The notes beneath the pieces were generated by a model that saw nothing but the letters and a program-made list of their open reading frames with translations, was not told the origin of the DNA and did no database searches. A program made the translations under genes and the position numbers. From contig NC_092678.1 of NCBI RefSeq assembly GCF_964355755.1, positions 12,894,352 to 12,958,351 of the forward strand: a DNA stretch of 64,000 bases. Reading direction: 5' to 3'. Shown one piece after another: positions 53,201 to 62,200 of the stretch (the stretch's first letter is position 1; every line of letters starts with the position of its first letter). Source of the stretch: Antedon mediterranea. Taxonomy: Eukaryota > Animalia > Echinodermata.

Positions 53201-56200
53201 TTGAACAGCTCGAGTACAGTATCATAATGTTGAAGACAGGCCGGTTTTCCTAAAAAAATACTATTTTGATAGATTTAATATACGTTTATACAAATGTATT
53301 GATTTGCGATGAATGGAACATTCCAATCTCTGTGTCGTTCCACAAGTGTCTATTCCCTCAGGCGTCGTAAAGGAAAGTACTGTATACTCATAACAGAAAT
53401 TCGATCCATTTTTTTTTCAATCTGTGCTGCAGAGGTTGGATATAATTTTTTTTAAACGGATAATGAGCTAGCGTTTTCAGTCACCGTAATTTAATATTTA
53501 TTACCGATTAAATCGAATTTATGATTTGCCCCGAATAGAGGTGGTTTTCACAAATTGTTTAACATTATATATAAACATACGTCGTAGTGTATCGTTACAT
53601 GTACTGTACTATTTCAATCGACTACGACGGTGATAGTTAAGTTTCAACAAAGTATTACATCGCAATGTTTTACTGTGTTTAGTGGTATATTATTTGTAAA
53701 ACATGTTAATTAATATTTCGTTACAAAATAAAGAATATATTTAAAAATTGTTCCTCTTTGCACCCATCCTCTTCCCCATCTCTCAACCATAATGTTACAT
53801 ACAAAACACAAATTAAGTTTGTTTAAATTTGACTTAAACAATTGGTCTCATTTTGTGACAACTTTCTCTTTCGGAAGTAATTCTCAGGGTGCTAATTTTA
53901 GTTGAGTACATAAATCACAGTGTCTATTTAATCGTTCATGTAAACGACATATATTATTGTCCTGCATTATTGTACATTTGAAATCGCCAGTTTTTTAACG
54001 CTGAAATTACTGTGTATTCGAGAACCATCTGTGGGCACGACCTAGATGGTACGCTCGCTTCGCTCGCGTACCATCTAGTAGTGTGTAATTTACATTACAG
54101 TATATATTTATCGCAGAAAGGGCAGAACATTTAGTCTGAAAATTAGAAGATTAGAAGAAAAGGGTACTGAAAGAGTATATGATATTTGAGCAAATTGTTT
54201 TACTCCAAAATATCCAATGGTTTTTTTTTTGTGATTATACCAATCATGTTTGTTTTTTTTTAAATATCCATCATGCTTTTATGTTTTACTAATATTATTT
54301 TCAGACTCTTCCCATCTCAGTTGCTACAGTAACTACTCAACCTGAACCTGATTTCACAGAGGTCATTGAACTGTTCGGAACTGATTTTGGACAGATGATG
54401 TCAGATATTGACAACTTTATGATAGATAACAAAGAATGTGTAATAGTTGCTGATGGATTTAACATAGCTTTACAAAGGTATTTTAAATAAAATTTAATTT
54501 AACATTAATTATGTAGCACTAAGTCTGTACTTGTTTCTGGTGAGATCCTTCAAGCTGTACATAAGCCAAGTTTCATACAGGACCAACGGAATAACATCTC
54601 ATCCGGAAGATAGTGCACTATATTCATGTAATCCAACCCATAAGTTAGAACACAGAGAGATGGCGATTGAACCGTGAACCAAACCTATTTCATGGTTCAG
54701 TGCACAACACAGGTAATACCCTCAGTTTAACCGAATATGCCTCTCTTTCTGTGTATTGTGATAATGTGTGTATGGACAACAAGTAAATATATTATGATTG
54801 CTACTGTATGTATTCAGCTTTCACTGATGTAATGCAAAACAGATCATAATATAAGTAGTTGATACCCATCCTACAGACGGGTATCTTTGACAACTCTGTG
54901 CTACCATGTTAAGATGCCTCAAATTTGTCTCATCTTATACAAACATTTTCTAAAAGCATTTTTATGGAAAACCACCACTAACATGAGATGAAATACACAA
55001 CACTTCTGTAACTTATCACACATTTATTTATTTATTTATTTTATGTCTTTAGGCAATGTGGCCAAGGATTACCAATAGTGAATTAATCACTGTCCTATCA
55101 CATAGGTGGTAATCCCCCTGATACAGGGGCTATTGTGTGAACCAGTTCACCGGGGTAACCCCCTACTCTTTTTCGAATAATGAACTGGGTTTCTTTAAAG
55201 TACACACAGGTCATAACTGTGTACACTCGCCCTACGGTTTATAGTCCTTATCCGAGAAGACTTGTTCCACCACCAGAACTAGGAGCGAGTCGGCCTCGAA
55301 CCCTTGCCGAGGTTGTTGTTGGCTCTTTAGGTACGGTAAACGGCGCCCCTGCCTTAACCGTAACCGTAACATAATCCATAAACTATTTGATTGGTTCGTT
55401 TATTAAGCATCATGTGCCATGCATTATTGCGATCCATCCTCAACATTGGGAGTAACATTGCATGTTATTTTTTTTATTATAATTATTTTTGTGGTGTATA
55501 TCAGTAAAAAAGAAAATTCTATTATTTACTATACACAGTGTGAAATGTAAAGCTCCTGTGTTTGATAGTGTCTCTCAACGTGAAGTCATCATAACTGTTC
55601 AAGGAAAGACAAGCGCACCTGTAGTCATACTCTATCAGGTATATTTTTTCACTCAAATTTCACAATTGTTTTAATCTTGCCTTAATGTAGAAAGAAGAGT
55701 CAACCTTAATAAATATTTTTATATAATTACTAAAGTTATTTTAAAATGTTTATTCTACAGTAATCATGTATATTTGTTGTAAACTTGTGGTATTCATGAT
55801 ATTAAATGAACACTAGAACCAGCCAAGAGTGAAGATACATTCACTTATTTCTTCTACTGTACGTTCACTCTTTTCTTCTACTTTAACTCTTTTCTTCTAC
55901 TTTCACTCTTTTCTTCTACTTTCACTTTTTTCTTCTACTTTCACTTTTTTCTTCTACTTTTACTCTTTTTTCTACATTCACACCTGCTAGAACGAGATAA
56001 GAGTGAAATTAATGCAATTTCACTCTTTTCTTCTACTTTCACACCTGCTAGAACGAGATAAGAGTGAAATTAATGCAATTTCACTCTTTTCTTCTACTTT
56101 CACACCTGCTAGAACAAGATAAGAGTGAAATTAATGCAATTTCACTCTTTTCTTCTACTTTCACACCTGCTAAAACAAGATAAGAGTGAAATTAATGCAA

Positions 56201-59200
56201 TTTCACTCTTTTTTCTACTTTCATTCCTGCTAGAACAAGATAAGAGTTAAATTAATGCAATTTCACTCTTTTCTTCTACTTTCACACCTGCTAGAACAAG
56301 ATAAGAGTAAAATTAATGCAATTTCACTCTTTTTTCTACTTTCACTCCTGCTATAACAAGATAAGAGTGAAATTAATGCAATTTCACTCTTTTCGTCTAC
56401 TTTCATTCCTGCTAGAACAAGATAAGAGTGAAATTAATGCAATTTCACTCTTTTCGTCTACTTTCACTCCTGCTAGAACAAGATAAAAGTGAAATTAATG
56501 CAATTTTACTCTTCTCTTCTACTTTCATTCCTACTAGTAAAAGAAAAGATATTGTCGTGAGGTGGTTTCCCGATTAATCGTACGATCAAAACGGTACTGG
56601 GTATGATCAACTAGCGTTCGTGTTCCCACCGAATCATCCATTCATAGAAGTACTGATGAAGATATCAATCTGTGGCGACAATAGAATGGACCCGAGACCT
56701 CATGAGGTAATTTCCCGATTGATCGTAATCAAAACGGTACTGGGTTTGGTCTACTAGCGTTCCTGCTCCCAACCAGTACATCCATTCATAGAAGCCTTAA
56801 TGAAGTAAGCCTACCTGGTGGTGGCCATAGAACGGTCCCGAGATAACGACTATACTTCGGCTTTAGTCGATAGAAGATTGAATAAATTGTTAGAGATAGA
56901 GTATACGATGTTATGATTATGTGTAGATATGTGATTTGTTCTTTTTATTCCAATGATGTTATGTATTTAATAAATTTGTTATATCAAATAATTAAATTAT
57001 CGTAGATTGCATATTATGCGATGAATATTATTTAATACATTTTTGATATATTATTATTATTATATTAATAAAAAAGATATTTGTTAGTATAAATTAAAAA
57101 ATATAGATATAAGGAAGAAAAGCAAAGAGATTATGGAGCGGCTGTACCAGAATATACAACACTAAGTATTGTAAAGTTAATATATTAAAAATTTAGGCGA
57201 TCTTGTCAAAGGTCAAGCGCCTTCAGCCTGCCACGTTTCGATATTCAATATTGAACTTGACCTGACGTGGTTCCACAATATCTTTATATGAAAATGGTAG
57301 AGTGGATAGAAACATAAATTAATTTAAATTTAAAATGTTTACCTTAAACTGGTTTTGAACTGAATCGGTTGATGTCTTATCGTTGTATGTATGATTTGGT
57401 TTAAATTATGTTCGATAAAAGTGCGTATGCGTATAGAATGAAATGCTCGCGTTACGATGTACGCGTGTAATGCTGTTTATATCGTATAATAGATAAAGGA
57501 TGAAAATATAGAAGGTATGATGGTAGAAAAATAAAAAGCAGTTTAGGATGTAGAAATAGGAAAAGTTTGTTAGTGCAAAAGTGTAGATTTTGAATGTGAG
57601 AAATGACTAGAAAGTACATTCCTGCTAGAGTCCTATGTCGGCACCTAGGCCTATATAACGTCATGAGGTAATTTCCCGATTGATCGTAATCAAAACGGTA
57701 CTGGGTTTGGTCTACTAGCGTTCCTGCTCCCAACCAGTACATCCATTCATAGAAGCCTTAATGAAGTAAGCCTACCTGGTGGTGGCCATAGAACGGTCCC
57801 GAGATAACGACTATACTTCGGCTTTAGTCGATAGAAGATTGAATAAATTGTTAGAGATAGAGTATACGATGTTATGATTATGTGTAGATATGTGATTTGT
57901 TCTTTTTATTCCAATGATGTTATGTATTTAATAAATTTGTTATATCAAATAATTAAATTATCGTAGATTGCATATTATGCGATGAATATTATTTAATAAA
58001 TTTTTGATATATTATTATTATTATATTAATAAAAAAGATATTTGTTAGTATAAATTAAAAAATATAGATATAAGGAAGAAAAGCAAAGAGATTATGGAGC
58101 GGCTGTACCAGAATATACAACACTAAGTATTGTAAAGTTAATATATTAAAAATTTAGGCGATCTTGTCAAAGGTCAAGCGCCTTCAGCCTGCCACGTTTC
58201 GATATTCAATATTGAACTTGACCTGACGTGGTTCCACAATATCTTTATATGAAAATGGTAGAGTGGATAGAAACATAAATTAATTTAAATTTAAAATGTT
58301 TACCTTAAACTGGTTTTGAACTGAATCGGTTGATGTCTTATCGTTGTATGTATGATTTGGTTTAAATTATGTTCGATAAAAGTGCGTATGCGTATAGAAT
58401 GAAATGCTCGCGTTACGATGTACGCGTGTAATGCTGTTTATATCGTATAATAGATAAAGGATGAAAATACAGAAGGTATGATGGTAGAAAAATAAAAAGC
58501 AGTTTAGGATGTAGAAATAGGAAAAGTTTGTTAGTGCAAAAGTGTAGATTTTGAATGTGAGAAATGACTAGAAAGTACATTCCTGCTAGAGTCCTATGTC
58601 GGCACCTAGGCCTATATAACGTCATGAGGTAATTTCCCGATTGATCGTAATCAAAACGGTACTGGGTTTGGTCTACTAGCGTTCCTGCTCCCAACCAGTA
58701 CATCCATTCATAGAAGCCTTAATGAAGTAAGCCTACCTGGTGGTGGCCATAGAACGGTCCCGAGGTCAAGTTCAATATTGAATATCGAAACGTGGCAGGC
58801 TGAAGGCGCTTGACCTTTGACAAGATCGCCTAAATTTTTAATATATTAACTTTACAATACTTAGTGTTGTATATTCTGGTACAGCCGCTCCATAATCTCT
58901 TTGCTTTTCTTCCTTATATCTATATTTTTTAATTTATACTAACAAATATCTTTTTTATTAATATAATAATAATAATATATTAAAAATTTATTAAATAATA
59001 TTCATCGCATAATATGCAATCTACGATAATTTAATTAATTGATATAGGCTAGGCCTAACAAATTTATTAAATACATAACATCATTTGAATAAAAAGAACA
59101 AATCACATATCTACACATAATCATAACATCGTATACTCTATCTCTAACAATTTATTCAATCTTCTATCGACTAAAGCCGAAGTATAGTCGTTATCTCGGG

Positions 59201-62200
59201 ACCGTTCTATGGCCACCACCAGGTAGGCTTACTTCATTAAGGCTTCTATGAATGGATGTACTGGTTGGGAGCAGGAACGCTAGTAGACCAAACCCAGTAC
59301 CGAATTGATTACGATCAATCGGGAAATTACCTCATGACCACACAGTACACAACTTGACATCGCGCACATTGTATACGCTAGCATTTCATTCTAATACGCT
59401 CACGCACTTTATCGAACATACTTTTAAACCAAACCAAAACCATACAACGACAAGACATCCATCGATTCAGTTCAATACCATTTTTAGGTAAATTTTGAAT
59501 TAATTATTATTTTCTATCAATTCTACCATTTTCATATAAAGATATTGTGGAACCACGTCAGGTCAAGTTCAATATTGAATATCGAAACGTGGCAGGCTGA
59601 AGGCGCTTGACCTTTGACAAGATCGCCTAAATTTTTAGTTTTTAACTTTACAATACTTAGTGTTGTATATTCTGGTACAGCCGCTCCATGATCTCTTTGC
59701 TTTTCTTCCTTATATCTTTACTCTTTTTAAAAGTTTTACTAACGATTTTTATTTTATTTTATTATAGGCTATTTATATTTTTTGCTTTATGTACACGACA
59801 ACTAACGATCAAATAACAGTTTTTTCACATCGCAACTTATACAACGTAATTTTGAAAACTACAACCATTTTTTTCTATATACATACAACGTACATTTCTA
59901 TTTTAACAAAAACATTTTTCTAAACTTTCTATTATTTAAAAGTCGAAGATAGCCAGGTCTCGGGTCCATTCTATTGTCGCCACAGATTGATATCTTCATC
60001 AGTACTTCTATGAATGGATGATTCGGTGGGAACACGAACGCTAGTTGATCATACCCAGTACCGTTTTGATCGTACGATTAATCGGGAAACCACCTCACGA
60101 CATTATACAGGCCTAGGTGCCGACATAGATCTCTAGTGGGAGTTAACCATCATAGTCATTCCTCACATTCAAAATCTTTCCTGTAACTAACAACCCATTC
60201 CTTTTTCTATACATCCTATACTACTTATTTATATCCTACCTTTATACCTATGTTATTTTCGCTCTACTACAATGTACGATACACTTATAATCTTACATGT
60301 ACCACACAGTACACAACTTGACATCGCGCACATTGTATACGCTAGCATTTCATTCTAATACGCTCACGCACTTTATCGAACATACTTTTAAACCAAACCA
60401 AAACCATACAACGACAAGACATCCATCGATTCAGTTCAATACCATTTTTAGGTAAATTTTGAATTAATTATTATTTTCTATCAATTCTACCATTTTCATA
60501 TAAAGATATTGTGGAACCACGTCAGGTCAAGTTCAATATTGAATATCGAAACGTGGCAGGCTGAAGGCGCTTGACCTTTGACAAGATCGCCTAAATTTTT
60601 AGTTTTTAACTTTACAATACTTAGTGTTGTATATTCTGGTACAGCCGCTCCATGATCTCTTTGCTTTTCTTCCTTATATCTTTACTCTTTTTAAAAGTTT
60701 TACTAACGATTTTTATTTTATTTTATTATAGGCTATTTATATTTTTTGCTTTATGTACACGACAACTAACGATCAAATAACAGTTTTTTCACATCGCAAC
60801 TTATACAACGTAATTTTGAAAACTACAACCATTTTTTTCTATATACATACAACGTACATTTCTATTTTAACAAAAACATTTTTCTAAACTTTCTATTATT
60901 TAAAAGTCGAAGATAGCCAGGTCTCGGGTCCATTCTATTGTCGCCACAGATTGATATCTTCATCAGTACTTCTATGAATGGATGATTCGGTGGGAACACG
61001 AACGCTAGTTGATCATACCCAGTACCGTTTTGATCGTACGATTAATCGGGAAACCACCTCACGACATTATACAGGCCTAGGTGCCGACATAGATCTCTAG
61101 TGGGAGTTAACCATCATAGTCATTCCTCACATTCAAAATCTTTCCTGTAACTAACAACCCATTCCTTTTTCTATACATCCTATACTACTTATTTATATCC
61201 TACCTTTATACCTATGTTATTTTCGCTCTACTACAATGTACGATACACTTATAATCTTACATGTACCACACAGTACACAACTTGACATCGCGCACATTGT
61301 ATACGCTAGCATTTCATTCTAATACGCTCACGCACTTTATCGAACATACTTTTAAACCAAACCAAAACCATACAACGACAAGACATCCATCGATTCAGTT
61401 CAATACCATTTTTAGGTAAATTTTGAATTAATTATTATTTTCTATCAATTCTACCATTTTCATATAAAGATATTGTGGAACCACGTCAGGTCAAGTTCAA
61501 TATTGAATATCGAAACGTGGCAGGCTGAAGGCGCTTGACCTTTGACAAGATCGCCTAAATTTTTAGTTTTTAACTTTACAATACTTAGTGTTGTATATTC
61601 TGGTACAGCCGCTCCATGATCTCTTTGCTTTTCTTCCTTATATCTTTACTCTTTTTAAAAGTTTTACTAACGATTTTTATTTTATTTTATTATAGGCTAT
61701 TTATATTTTTTGCTTTATGTACACGACAACTAACGATCAAATAACAGTTTTTTCACATCGCAACTTATACAACGTAATTTTGAAAACTACAACCATTTTT
61801 TTCTATATACATACAACGTACATTTCTATTTTAACAAAAACATTTTTCTAAACTTTCTATTATTTAAAAGTCGAAGATAGCCAGGTCTCGGGTCCATTCT
61901 ATTGTCGCCACAGATTGATATCTTCATCAGTACTTCTATGAATGGATGATTCGGTGGGAACACGAACGCTAGTTGATCATACCCAGTACCGTTTTGATCG
62001 TACGATTAATCGGGAAACCACCTTACGACATTAACAATTTTATGAAATATTTTCCGCTGACCAATTTTCATACTATAAATATATATTATATATATGTTGT
62101 TATGTTTGTATATAAACATTTGTTTTTTTTTTAAATATTAAAAACAATTATTAATCATACAGATTGTAATACCTGTGTTTTATTAGTATATATTTATTAA

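Noticed and set aside
55987-56540. CRISPR-like array
   Set aside because: The units are contiguous with no unique spacers, in a eukaryotic intron with no cas genes.
56653-56680. CTGATGA on the opposite strand of family B as a second, antisense hammerhead
   Set aside because: No GAAA follows the small hairpin, and family A has TTAATGA at this position.
57452-58703. Repeated 96-aa ORF in family A units
   Set aside because: The reading frame is not preserved in family B or in the 36971 copy (indels), and no domain is recognisable.
59597-59603. CTGAAGG as the hammerhead core strand
   Set aside because: A9 is missing and the flanks do not pair with the strands next to GUC or GAAA. TTGACAA at 59614 fits both registers.
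59648-59666. CRESS/nanovirus-like origin stem-loop for ~1-kb circles
   Set aside because: No NANTATTAC nonanucleotide in a loop and no Rep ORF. A and B are homologous throughout rather than sharing only a common region.
56553-62030. snRNA/5S/SL-RNA tandem gene array, or a TIR DNA transposon
   Set aside because: The conserved blocks do not match U1-U6, 5S or 7SL as I recall them. The apparent 148-bp TIR is simply part of the repeat unit, and no TSD is present.
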